NCBI GenBank assembly: GCA_963711565.1
Contig: CAVQEQ010000001.1
Span: forward strand, 864,001-928,000
Reading direction: 5' to 3'
Length of the DNA stretch: 64,000 bases
Origin: an uncultured delta proteobacterium
Lineage (GTDB): Bacteria; Desulfobacterota; Binatia; Binatales; Binataceae
A model generated the notes under the pieces. The model was not told the DNA's origin, searched no databases, and saw nothing but the letters and a program-made list of their open reading frames with translations. Shown one piece after another: positions 48,918 to 58,055 of this stretch. The stretch's first letter is position 1; every line of letters starts with the position of its first letter. The position numbers and the translations under genes are program-made.

Positions 48918-50036
48918 ATGAAAGTCCCAGATCAGGGTACAATGGCCTTCGCTTCGAACGACGGACGTGCCGGTAGAATTATCTCGACTTCGTATCGTCA
49001 CGCGTTCACCGAGTACATTCGCGAGAACGCGCTCTCACCCCTCCTTTTCCACGGTGGTGCTCTCGCGGTTCTCAGGGAGCTTCCGGATCGCTCTGTGGAT
49101 TGCAGCATGACCTCCCCGCCCTATTGGGGCAAACGCGAATACGAGAATGGCGGTATTGGATTAGAGGGCGACTACCGCCACTTCGTTAAAAGCCTCGCTG
49201 CAATCTTCTTCGAATTGAAACGTGTGCTCAAAGATGAAGGCTCGTTCTGGCTGAATATAGGAGACACCTACGAGAACAAGGGACTTGTCGGTGTGCCCTG
49301 GCGCGTAGCCTTCGAGCTTACCGACCATCAAGGGTGGACACTCCGGAACAGCGTTGTCTGGAACAAAGTCAAAAGTGGAATGGATAACACCAAGGATCGA
49401 TTGGGCAATGTCCACGAGCTTATTTTTCACTTCGTCAAACAGACAAAAGGTTATTACTACGACGCGGACGCCATACGCTCGAAGCCGCGTGAAGCGAGAG
49501 TTGTCAATGGCTCGGTGATTTCTGCGACTGGCGTTTCAGGCGTCCGCTATAAGCGCCAGATCGAGTTGTCCACGGACCTCACTGCAAAACAGAAAACGGA
49601 CGCCTTCAGAGAACTTGACCGCACACTTGCAGATGTTGGTTCGGGCAGGATTTCGGATTTCAGAATGATCATTCGCGCCCAACAACGAGCTACGCATTCA
49701 GACAGTGAGAAAGTTTCCGGTCGCGCGAGGGAACTTCGTGACAAAGGGTTCTATTTTCTCCGCTACCATCCGGGCGGCAGCAAGCCCGCCGATGTGTGGG
49801 ACATCATCCCGGAGGACACGCAAAAAAGAGAAGCTCACTTCGCTCCGTATCCTGTCAACCTCTGTCGAATCCCGATCCTTGCCACGTGCCCAAAAGGAGG
49901 GCTCATCCTCGATCCGTTCTGCGGAATCGGAACGACGTTGCTAGCCGCGCGCAACCTTGGCCGTAAATCCGTCGGAATCGACATTTCGAGTCAGTATCTC
50001 GAACTGGCCAAGGAAAGGTGTGCCGGGCTTCTATGA
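48918..50036 (+). CDS. Site-specific DNA methyltransferase, beta class (probably N4-cytosine)
   Basis: Motif IV TSPPY precedes motif I LDPFCGIGTT; WLNIGD, HFAPYP; lower GC than the flanks. Confidence 0.93.
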   Translation: MKVPDQGTMAFASNDGRAGRIISTSYRHAFTEYIRENALSPLLFHGGALAVLRELPDRSVDCSMTSPPYWGKREYENGGIGLEGDYRHFVKSLAAIFFELKRVLKDEGSFWLNIGDTYENKGLVGVPWRVAFELTDHQGWTLRNSVVWNKVKSGMDNTKDRLGNVHELIFHFVKQTKGYYYDADAIRSKPREARVVNGSVISATGVSGVRYKRQIELSTDLTAKQKTDAFRELDRTLADVGSGRISDFRMIIRAQQRATHSDSEKVSGRARELRDKGFYFLRYHPGGSKPADVWDIIPEDTQKREAHFAPYPVNLCRIPILATCPKGGLILDPFCGIGTTLLAARNLGRKSVGIDISSQYLELAKERCAGLL

Positions 50037-50884
50037 GCAGAGTCGTTGAGTTGTTTGGGCACTCTTCGAGTAAGTCGCGTCAGAATTGGAAGACGATCAT
50101 CGGACAGCAGCAATGCCCTTTCCTTGGTAAGCGCTGTTACAAAGTCCGAAAGAGCGACTCGGGCACTTCCATCGGTTCGTGTACTGTTCTATATGGACGC
50201 CCGCCCGGTGCCATCATCATTTGCCCGACACGTCTAACCGAACGCCGGCAGATTTTCATAGACTGTCTCCACTTGCTCACGACCCATGAACCAGGCAACG
50301 AGCTGCACATTGTCTCCGAAGTTTCTGTCCCCGGCGGCAACGTCAACTATTTTCTCGTGTCCGCAAGGGAACGGCGCGTTAGGGATTTCGTCGGCATCGA
50401 GCTTCAGACTCTCGATACTACGGGCACGATCTGGCCGGAGCGACAACGGCTCTTAAAGGAACTAGGGGTTAGACGAGGCGACAAAGCCGAAAAATTGGAT
50501 AAAACCTACGGCATGAACTGGAAGATGACGGCGAAAACCACTCTTGTCCAGATGCACCACAAAATTCGGACCTTCGAACACGTGAACAAAAAACTGGTCC
50601 TCGTGACGCAAGATAAATTGCTGGAATACATGACGAAGGAGTTTAACTTCGGTCACTTGACCAATCCTCCCGCCGTTGGTGACTCCATGCACTTCCACGC
50701 CTACAGGATGGCCAAATTGACAGACCGGTCCTATAGGCTCACGCTCCAGTCGCGTCTAAGTACCGACGCTGCTGGAATCTCAAAGTGTCTTGGACTACAA
50801 GCCGAGGCGCGCATCGAACTCGAAGAAATCATCGAGGCTCTTCAAGCCAAGATTTCCGCGGCTACATTGTTTACCCCGATGTGA
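50033..50884 (+). CDS. NotI-family type II restriction endonuclease (possibly inactive)
   Basis: Four-Cys metal site CPF...C.K / GSC / ICP.R, GIELQTLDTTG, GMNW; ATGA overlap with the MTase. Confidence 0.82.
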   Translation: MSRVVELFGHSSSKSRQNWKTIIGQQQCPFLGKRCYKVRKSDSGTSIGSCTVLYGRPPGAIIICPTRLTERRQIFIDCLHLLTTHEPGNELHIVSEVSVPGGNVNYFLVSARERRVRDFVGIELQTLDTTGTIWPERQRLLKELGVRRGDKAEKLDKTYGMNWKMTAKTTLVQMHHKIRTFEHVNKKLVLVTQDKLLEYMTKEFNFGHLTNPPAVGDSMHFHAYRMAKLTDRSYRLTLQSRLSTDAAGISKCLGLQAEARIELEEIIEALQAKISAATLFTPM

Positions 50885-50901
50885 TTGACCGAGGCTCCTG
50901 A

Positions 50902-52725
50902 ATGCCGCGAAGTACTCGCGCCAAAGCGCGTTCACGAGGCGGATCGATCCAGGAAAAACCGCGGCCATCTTCGGATCGCGCCTCATCAGAACCAGCTCGG
51001 CTCAGTGGTAATACGGCCGAAGCGTCTTTCATTCGCTTGAAAATAATCGACGCGGCGCTGATCGCACTCTTGCTCGGTTTCGCGATGCTTATGATCGTGA
51101 ACACCGGATTTGCCAACGGGCAGGAGTTGTGGCCGATGCCCGACGCGGTTGAATACGCGGCGACCGCGGTAAACCTGGATCGCGGGCTCGGCCCGGTGCT
51201 CCATTTCGGCGGGAATACTTATCCGAGCCGCTACACGATCGGTTATCCACTCATCCTCGCGGCGGCGTATCCAATTCTGGGCCGCAAGCCCGAGCGGCTA
51301 TGCCTCGTTACAGCGCTGACGGCATTGATTGCGATCGCCGGCCTATATCTGCTGACGCTGTGGGTGCTCGACCGGCCAAGCGCGATTGTGGCCGGGCTGC
51401 TCCTCGCTACATCGCCGCATTTTCTCGGGCTTTCCACTTGCGTGCTGAGTGACGTTCCTTCGCTTGCCGTCGTAATTCTCGCGGTGCTGACGTTTTTGTA
51501 TGCCGAAGAAAAACGAAGCCTGGCCGCGTCCGCGCTCTGCGGGATTCTGGTCGGCCTGGCCGTCACGATCCGCGTGACCAACGGCGCCATTTTGATCGGA
51601 ATGATCGCGGCGGCTTTGCTGGTCCAACCGCGCAGAGCGCAATTCGTGCGAGTGACAGCGTTCGCGATCGGATTCATCGTATTTCCAGGATTGCAGACTT
51701 GGCTGAATCTGCATTTCCTCGGTTCGCCGCTCTCGAACGGTTACGCCTTCTGGCTGCCGCAGTACTACAGCTCGGTTTTTCAGCCCTTCAAGCTGAGCTA
51801 CCTCGTTATGCCTCCCGATCCGTCGTCGCGGCACGGAAATTCTGTGACCTATGCGATTGCGATGCTTGGTCTCGGCGGCGTCCTCGGCCAGCTTACTGTA
51901 GGTACCGAGCTTCGAACGCTAATTCGCGCGCGCTACGCTTTGTACCCGTTTCCAGTGGTGATTTTTGCCGGACTGGGAGTGTTTTTCGCGCTGCACCGCA
52001 AGCGCAGCGCGCGCATGATGCGTGCGGTGTATTTGGGCCTGGGCTTTCTCGCCTCGCTGTTGCTCATTTACCTTCTTTATTTCTGTGTCGATCCTCGCTT
52101 CATGCTGCCGGCGTTGTTTATCGTTTTCTCCGCGGCGGGTTACGGGCTGATCAGCGCGAATCGAAGGCTCGAGCGTGGATGGGTGGGATTTGCGGTGATT
52201 GCGCTGGACGTGGTTCTCGCCGGCGCGGTCGTAGTGCAGACGGTCTCGCGACTTGCGACACCGTTGCCGCAGAATTCGAAGCTGGTCGCCAACGTCCTCG
52301 CGATCCGGCCGCGGCTCGCGAACGCGGTGGTGGTCACCGATATTTCTCTGCAATGGATCGAGCTTTACGCAGGCGGCGAACAAACCGAGTTTGTCGGGCT
52401 CAACAATCTATATACCGCGCAAGTGCCCGACCAGATTGTAACCGAGTACCATCTGTACTTGCTCGACGCCAAAAAATCCGCAGGATGGTCCGGGCCGATA
52501 CCGCCGGTGCTTTTCCCCGGTGGCGAACTCGATTCAGCCGAAGCGCACAAACTCGCGGACGAGGATAGGCATGGACGGCCGGTGTACGCGCTGATATCGA
52601 AGCCGCTGACCCGCGAATGGCAGAGCGTGCTTCAGCAGGAGGCCGCCGAAATCGATCGCTACTTCACCGACGAAACCGTCACGGACTATCCCGAAGTGGG
52701 GCTGTACCGTCTGACGCCTCGCTAG
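50902..52725 (+). CDS. GT39/ArnT-PMT-like GT-C membrane glycosyltransferase
   Basis: PDAVEY, RYTIGYP, LSDVPS, many TM helices, DPRFMLP, soluble C-terminal domain. Confidence 0.75.
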   Translation: MPRSTRAKARSRGGSIQEKPRPSSDRASSEPARLSGNTAEASFIRLKIIDAALIALLLGFAMLMIVNTGFANGQELWPMPDAVEYAATAVNLDRGLGPVLHFGGNTYPSRYTIGYPLILAAAYPILGRKPERLCLVTALTALIAIAGLYLLTLWVLDRPSAIVAGLLLATSPHFLGLSTCVLSDVPSLAVVILAVLTFLYAEEKRSLAASALCGILVGLAVTIRVTNGAILIGMIAAALLVQPRRAQFVRVTAFAIGFIVFPGLQTWLNLHFLGSPLSNGYAFWLPQYYSSVFQPFKLSYLVMPPDPSSRHGNSVTYAIAMLGLGGVLGQLTVGTELRTLIRARYALYPFPVVIFAGLGVFFALHRKRSARMMRAVYLGLGFLASLLLIYLLYFCVDPRFMLPALFIVFSAAGYGLISANRRLERGWVGFAVIALDVVLAGAVVVQTVSRLATPLPQNSKLVANVLAIRPRLANAVVVTDISLQWIELYAGGEQTEFVGLNNLYTAQVPDQIVTEYHLYLLDAKKSAGWSGPIPPVLFPGGELDSAEAHKLADEDRHGRPVYALISKPLTREWQSVLQQEAAEIDRYFTDETVTDYPEVGLYRLTPR

Positions 52726-52726
52726 C

Positions 52727-53758
52727 CTATATAGGTACACCCGCGCGGGCGAGCGCGGCGGCGAGGCGTGCGACTTCATCGGCTTTGTCCCGGTCGCTGC
52801 GAATCTGCTCGTAACGGCTCCAGACTCGCATCTCTTCGTACGGATTGGTCGGGCCACCGCGATCGAGGATGTCATTCACCATCCGTTCGAAGTACGCGCC
52901 CCAATCCGGCTGGCTGCCATCCGAGTCGCGAAAGCCGTACTCGCGCGCGAGCGTCCAACTTGAAAACACCTTGCCCGTCTTGCTTGCGACGTTCGGGTCC
53001 GTCGCCAGCGCGACGACGGCGCGCCCCACATACGCGGGAGTTTCAGACTCGGCAAAATCGGGATTCTTTGAGATCGCATCGCGCCAGTTTGCTTCGGTCA
53101 CACCAAACCCATCGAGCATCGCTTCCGAGCGGAGAAACCCTGGCGTCAGCGCCAGGGCAACGACCTTGTGTCTCCGCAGCTCGGCGGCCATCGCGTACGC
53201 GAGCCGAATCGCAGAGATCTTCGCGAGGTCGTAAAACAGATTGCCGCGATAATCGAGATGCATCCCGTCCGTGATTTCGACAATCAGCCCCGACTTCTGC
53301 CTCACCATCAGCGGCGCACCGAAGCGGGCAGTCAGAATATGCGTCTGCACCGCCAACTCCTGCATCCTGAGGCCCTTGGCGGGATCGAGTTTCCAAAACG
53401 GCTTGCCCCATTCGCTCAGCTCATCGCCGCCCCAAATGTCGTTGACCAAAATGTCGAGCCGCTGGAAATCGCGCTCGACCCGCTCGAATAGTGCGCGAAC
53501 TTCATCCGCGATTGTGTGATCGACGCGGATTGCGACGCCGACTCCGCCCGCCGCCGTGACCAGCTCTGCCGTCTCCTCGATCGTCTCAGGTCTGCCGACA
53601 GTCGCAGGATTGCCGCGAGCACTGCGTCCGGTGCAAATGACAGTAGCGCCCGCGGCGCCGAGCATCGTCGCGATGCCGCGCCCGGCTCCGCGCGTCGCGC
53701 CAGCCACGAGTGCGATTTTCCCGGCAAGCGGTTTCCTGGCGTCGGCAGTGTTCATCAC
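52727..53758 (-). CDS. SDR family oxidoreductase
   Basis: AGATRGAGRGIA, LDILVNDIWGG, FYDLAK (YxxxK), TPGFLRSE. Confidence 0.92.
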   Translation of the reverse strand: MMNTADARKPLAGKIALVAGATRGAGRGIATMLGAAGATVICTGRSARGNPATVGRPETIEETAELVTAAGGVGVAIRVDHTIADEVRALFERVERDFQRLDILVNDIWGGDELSEWGKPFWKLDPAKGLRMQELAVQTHILTARFGAPLMVRQKSGLIVEITDGMHLDYRGNLFYDLAKISAIRLAYAMAAELRRHKVVALALTPGFLRSEAMLDGFGVTEANWRDAISKNPDFAESETPAYVGRAVVALATDPNVASKTGKVFSSWTLAREYGFRDSDGSQPDWGAYFERMVNDILDRGGPTNPYEEMRVWSRYEQIRSDRDKADEVARLAAALARAGVPI

Positions 53759-55095
53759 GCCTCGAAAGCGTAGGCCGCTTCCTCATGCTCGCTGAGATCC
53801 AGTCCGATCTGTTCCGACTCGTCCATCACGCGGAGACCGACCAACGCGTCGGTCACCTTCAATAGAATCGTGCTGCCGACGAACGAGAACGCGATGCTCG
53901 CGAGAACCGCCGTCGCCTGAATGAATAGCTGGCGCGGATTTCCGTAGAAAAGACCGTTGGCGCCGGCCGCGTTGACCAGCACGCTGGCAAACAGCCCGGT
54001 CGCAAGCGCACCCCAGATTCCGCCGACAGCATGCACACCGACCACGTCGAGCGCGTCGTCGTAGCCGAATCGCGACTTCATCCGCACCGCGCTGAAACAG
54101 AGCGCGCCTGCGACCCCGCCGATAACTATCGCCGCGCCGGGGCCGACGAACCCCGATGCGGGCGTTATCGCGACCAGTCCCGCGACCGCGCCGCTCGCCG
54201 CTCCCAGCACCGTGGGCTTGCCGCCGATCCACCATTCCGCCGCCACCCACGTCAGCGTCGCGGCCGAGGCGCCGAGATGAGTCGCGACAAACGCGGACAC
54301 TGCCAGACCGTCGGCGGCGAGCGAACTTCCCGCGTTGAACCCGAACCATCCAACCCACAGCAAGCCAGCGCCCGTGAGCGTCATCGTGAGATTATGCGGC
54401 GGCATCGGCTCATGCCGGTAGCCGCGGCGCGGACCGACCATCAGCGCGGCGGCAAGTGCGGCGACGCCCGACGAGATATGCACTACCGTGCCGCCGGCAA
54501 AGTCGAGCGCGCCCATCTCGTGGATCCAGCCGCCGACACCCCATACCCAGTGCGCCAGCGGATCGTAAATCAGCGTGACCCACATGATGCTGAAAACCAG
54601 GAAGCCTTTGAACGACATCCGCTCCGCAATCGCACCCGTGATGAGTGCGGGCGTGATCACGGCGAACATGCACTGGTAAATCATGTACGCCTGATGCGGC
54701 ACCGTCGCAGAATACGCGCCGTACGGCTGCGTCGCGCTGACGCCGCTGAGCCCCGCCCACGTGAGCGAACCGACGAACGCGCTGCCGGGCGAGAACGCGA
54801 GGCTGTAGCCGAACATCACCCATTGGATCGACACGATCGCGACCAGGATGAAGCTCTGCATCAGGGTCGAGAGCACGTTTTTGCGCCGCACCATCCCGCC
54901 GTAAAAAAGCGCGAGCCCTGGAATCGTCATCATCAGGACCAGCACCGACGAGAGCAGCAGCCACGCGGTGTCGGCGCCGTCGAATCTCGAAACGCCGGGA
55001 ATGGCGGCAGCGGCGGGCGTCGCGAACGCCAGGCAGATTGCGGCCATCAGAGCGATCCGAATGCGCGCGTGCGAGCGAGTTGATTTCACCACCAT
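53755..55095 (-). CDS. amtB: Ammonium transporter
   Basis: PGLALFYGG, FAVITPALITGA, DFAGGTVVH, WFGFNAGS, AGLVAITP, DDALDV..VH. Confidence 0.96.
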   Translation of the reverse strand: MVVKSTRSHARIRIALMAAICLAFATPAAAAIPGVSRFDGADTAWLLLSSVLVLMMTIPGLALFYGGMVRRKNVLSTLMQSFILVAIVSIQWVMFGYSLAFSPGSAFVGSLTWAGLSGVSATQPYGAYSATVPHQAYMIYQCMFAVITPALITGAIAERMSFKGFLVFSIMWVTLIYDPLAHWVWGVGGWIHEMGALDFAGGTVVHISSGVAALAAALMVGPRRGYRHEPMPPHNLTMTLTGAGLLWVGWFGFNAGSSLAADGLAVSAFVATHLGASAATLTWVAAEWWIGGKPTVLGAASGAVAGLVAITPASGFVGPGAAIVIGGVAGALCFSAVRMKSRFGYDDALDVVGVHAVGGIWGALATGLFASVLVNAAGANGLFYGNPRQLFIQATAVLASIAFSFVGSTILLKVTDALVGLRVMDESEQIGLDLSEHEEAAYAFEA

Positions 55096-55135
55096 GTTCG
55101 AAGCCTCCAAGCATGCGAGAAATCCGCAACATAGC

Positions 55136-55169
55136 AAAAAAGAGGCGGCTCAGATGAACCGCCTCTTTG
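55136..55169 (-). terminator. Intrinsic terminator after the acyl-CoA dehydrogenase gene
   Basis: AAAAAAGAGGCGG-CTCAGATGAA-CCGCCTCTTT; gives a hairpin plus U-tract on the minus strand. Confidence 0.7.
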
Positions 55170-55191
55170 CGTACTTGCGATTGCGTCGGGC

Positions 55192-56379
55192 TCAGCCCTT
55201 CGGGAGTAGCAGGATGCGCTCGCCGATCATGTTCTTCTGCACCGGCGACGTACCGCCTGCGATCGTCATCGACTCTGAGGCGAGGATTCGGCGCATCCAG
55301 TCGCCGTCGGGGGCGAACGGCGTGTGTCGCTCGAGCAGCGCGTACTCGCCGAGCAGGCGCGTGATGAACTTGGTCATCCGCTGGCCGAGGTCGGTCGAGA
55401 GCAGTTTCGAGATCGACGCTTCGGGTCCGGGCTGCTGACCCTTGAGGCGTTTCGACAGGCTGCGCAGGCCGTTGTATTTCTTCGCGGTCGCTTCGATCGC
55501 GAACTGCGCGATTTGCTGGCGGATGTCGTTGTCCTCGATCGCGGGACGCCCGTTAAGCTGCACCGACTTGGCAATCTGGACGATTTGATGGAGCATCTGT
55601 TCCGTGCCGCCGAGCGTCTCGCCGATTCCGAACCGCTCGTGCATCAGCGTGGACACCAGCACCTGCCATCCCATGTTGATCGGGCCGAGCAGGTTTTCCT
55701 TGGGCACGCGCACGTCTTCGAAAAAGATTTCGTTGAACTCGCTGTCGCCGGTGATTTGCTTGAGCGGCCGCACGCTCACGCCGGGCGACTTCATATCGAC
55801 CAGCAACGCGCTCATCCCCTTGTGCTTGGGCACGTCGGGATCGGTGCGCACGAACAGCTGCACGAAGTCGGCGCGATGCGCGATCGTGGTCCAGACCTTC
55901 TGGCCGTTGACGACGAACTCGTCGCCCTTGAGCTCGGCCTTGCACTGGATCGACGCGAGATCCGAGCCCGCGCCCGGCTCCGACATCCCCTCGCACCAAA
56001 TTTCGTCGCCGGCAAGGATCGGATTCAGGTAGCGCTTTTTCTGCTCGTCGGTCCCCCACTGCATCAGCGCCGGGCCGGTCATGATGACGCCGAGCACGTT
56101 GCATCCCATCGGCAGGTTGAGGCGGCCGAGTTCCTGCTGAAAGATCACCTGCTCGATAAAGGTGGCGCCGCGCCCGCCGTATTCTTTCGGCCACGTCAGC
56201 CCGGCCCATCCGGCGTGGTAGAGCTTTTTGTGCCAAGCCTTGAGACGACCCCAGATTGCGTCGTCGCCGCCGGCCTCGGCGTCTTCGCTTCTGGCGAGAG
56301 ATTGCGGACGATTCTCTTCGAGCCACTTCCGCACGTCCATCCGATAGGCGTCTTGTTCAGCGCTCCAGGTAAAATCCAT
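55192..56379 (-). CDS. Acyl-CoA dehydrogenase (FadE type)
   Basis: WPKEYGGRG, WCEGMSEPGAGSDLAS, NGQKVWT, EFNEIFFEDVRVP, TIAGGTS. Confidence 0.94.
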   Translation of the reverse strand: MDFTWSAEQDAYRMDVRKWLEENRPQSLARSEDAEAGGDDAIWGRLKAWHKKLYHAGWAGLTWPKEYGGRGATFIEQVIFQQELGRLNLPMGCNVLGVIMTGPALMQWGTDEQKKRYLNPILAGDEIWCEGMSEPGAGSDLASIQCKAELKGDEFVVNGQKVWTTIAHRADFVQLFVRTDPDVPKHKGMSALLVDMKSPGVSVRPLKQITGDSEFNEIFFEDVRVPKENLLGPINMGWQVLVSTLMHERFGIGETLGGTEQMLHQIVQIAKSVQLNGRPAIEDNDIRQQIAQFAIEATAKKYNGLRSLSKRLKGQQPGPEASISKLLSTDLGQRMTKFITRLLGEYALLERHTPFAPDGDWMRRILASESMTIAGGTSPVQKNMIGERILLLPKG

Positions 56380-56603
56380 TTTCTTAGAAGTTCTCCTGTT
56401 TCAGTGCTCGGAGCGATTTTGCCCTGCCACGTCAGGGCGGCCCGAGACTCTGGTATCTCTTGAGTACCGCCCATTCAGATCGCGGAGCAAGAGCCGCGTG
56501 GGGGCGAATCGGGAACGGACCATAGCGAAACGAGGAGGTTCCGGTCTTTCCGTTGGTTTAAGAGGATCGCGCCGCGCCGTCGGCGCCACCGAGATTTTGA
56601 CCC

Positions 56604-57503
56604 TCAAGGCAGCGGGACAAACGAGCACGGCTTAAGCGCCTTATGCGGCCCGTAACAGGCGCTGAAACCGTCCAATGTCGAGTCCAGATTCGATACGTTA
56701 GACGACTCGCCATGGGGATCGCGCATAACGATACTGTCGGCCAAGTTGAGTAGAGCGCTAACGCCGTTGGTCATCGACTGGTCGAAAGTCGTGGTGCCGA
56801 AGTCCGCGAGCGGCAGGATTCCATGCCGGCCGGTGGGAGCTTCTTCAATCCATTCCGCTGAAAGATTCGGGGACGCGTACTCGAAATCCTGGCTCCAATT
56901 CATGGCAGTCGTCTCATTCGTCATCGAAAGCGTCCAGCTCTGGCTGCCCGTGCAATCGCCATCACAGGTCAGTGATGCGGTGATCACGTCGCCGGGATTC
57001 ACCACCAGCGTCGTCGCGACCGACGGCTCCGGCAGCATCTCGTACCAGGCGAAATAATCTGTCTCCGTACGGCTCTCCGCCACTTGCGCAGTACCGAGCT
57101 GAATAAGAGTTTGATCGACGTCCTTGGCCTTGCATCTCATATTTTCGCAAAATCCGCCGATCCCGACCCAATTTGACGAAACCGCGGACTTCTTCTTGAA
57201 AACAACCGTAGGAACCACCCAGGTCGCCTGCGCAGAAACGTATCTTTCGCCTGTTATAAACTCGGGCAGGACGTAGCCAGACCAGTTGGTGCTGATGAAC
57301 TGAGCTTCCCCGGTCATCAGCGCGTTGCCATTCGCGTCGGGAATCACCTGGATGGGGGCGTGCTTCGCTGTGACGATTGACGCGCGACTGGGATCGAGTC
57401 GGAGTTGCGCTGCTTCTCCAGATAACGTTGCCGCGACAAGCGCGAGGGCGACGGCGCAGATCACGATCGGAAATGCGATTGACGATTTATTGGATGAATT
57501 CAC
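56604..57503 (-). CDS. Secreted G1 family glutamic endopeptidase (eqolisin)
   Basis: Signal peptide, STNWSGY, WVGIGG, LIQLGT (catalytic Q), AWYE, SAEWIEEAP (catalytic E), LADFGT. Confidence 0.9.
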   Translation of the reverse strand: MNSSNKSSIAFPIVICAVALALVAATLSGEAAQLRLDPSRASIVTAKHAPIQVIPDANGNALMTGEAQFISTNWSGYVLPEFITGERYVSAQATWVVPTVVFKKKSAVSSNWVGIGGFCENMRCKAKDVDQTLIQLGTAQVAESRTETDYFAWYEMLPEPSVATTLVVNPGDVITASLTCDGDCTGSQSWTLSMTNETTAMNWSQDFEYASPNLSAEWIEEAPTGRHGILPLADFGTTTFDQSMTNGVSALLNLADSIVMRDPHGESSNVSNLDSTLDGFSACYGPHKALKPCSFVPLP

Positions 57504-57551
57504 GGACGATCACATGACCATCCCATCAACTCAAAGTCAACGTTCATTTGG

Positions 57552-58001
57552 TCAGTTGCCGCGTTCCGGCGGCGAGCCTTGCGGCTCGAACTGCACCTTC
57601 TGACCCGCGAAGATCGCTTCGAACGAAAGTTGGGTACTCGACGGACCGGCAGTCACGACGATCCCGTACGTGCCCGGATGCGGCAGCGACATGTTGATGT
57701 TGATTGCGACGGGGATTTTTATCGACGCCGTTTTGGGGACGTCCGGCGCGGGCTGCCCGGTTTCAACCTGCCCTTTCATTTCGGGGACTATCGGAACACC
57801 GCTCTCGTCGGCGATTGCGACGTTCAGCGCATACTTCATGCCGATTTCACTGGAAGCGAACCCGAGGCCAATCGCGATTGCAAATTGAACCGGCGCCGGG
57901 TAGCTGGCCGCTCGAAACAGATTCCATCCTCCCCCCAGCACAAAAACCTTGCCGCCAACCGCCTGGGCCGCATCGGCGAGCAAAGCATATTCGATCTTCA
58001 T
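57552..58001 (-). CDS. Conserved hypothetical protein (DUF6941-like)
   Basis: ALLADAAQ..GGKVFVLGGGW, LPHPGTY; RBS GGAGG. Confidence 0.7.
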   Translation of the reverse strand: MKIEYALLADAAQAVGGKVFVLGGGWNLFRAASYPAPVQFAIAIGLGFASSEIGMKYALNVAIADESGVPIVPEMKGQVETGQPAPDVPKTASIKIPVAININMSLPHPGTYGIVVTAGPSSTQLSFEAIFAGQKVQFEPQGSPPERGN

Positions 58002-58055
58002 TTTTCCAAACCTCCAACGCGCGCTCTTAATAGCAATACGCGGAAACAGCCGGTG

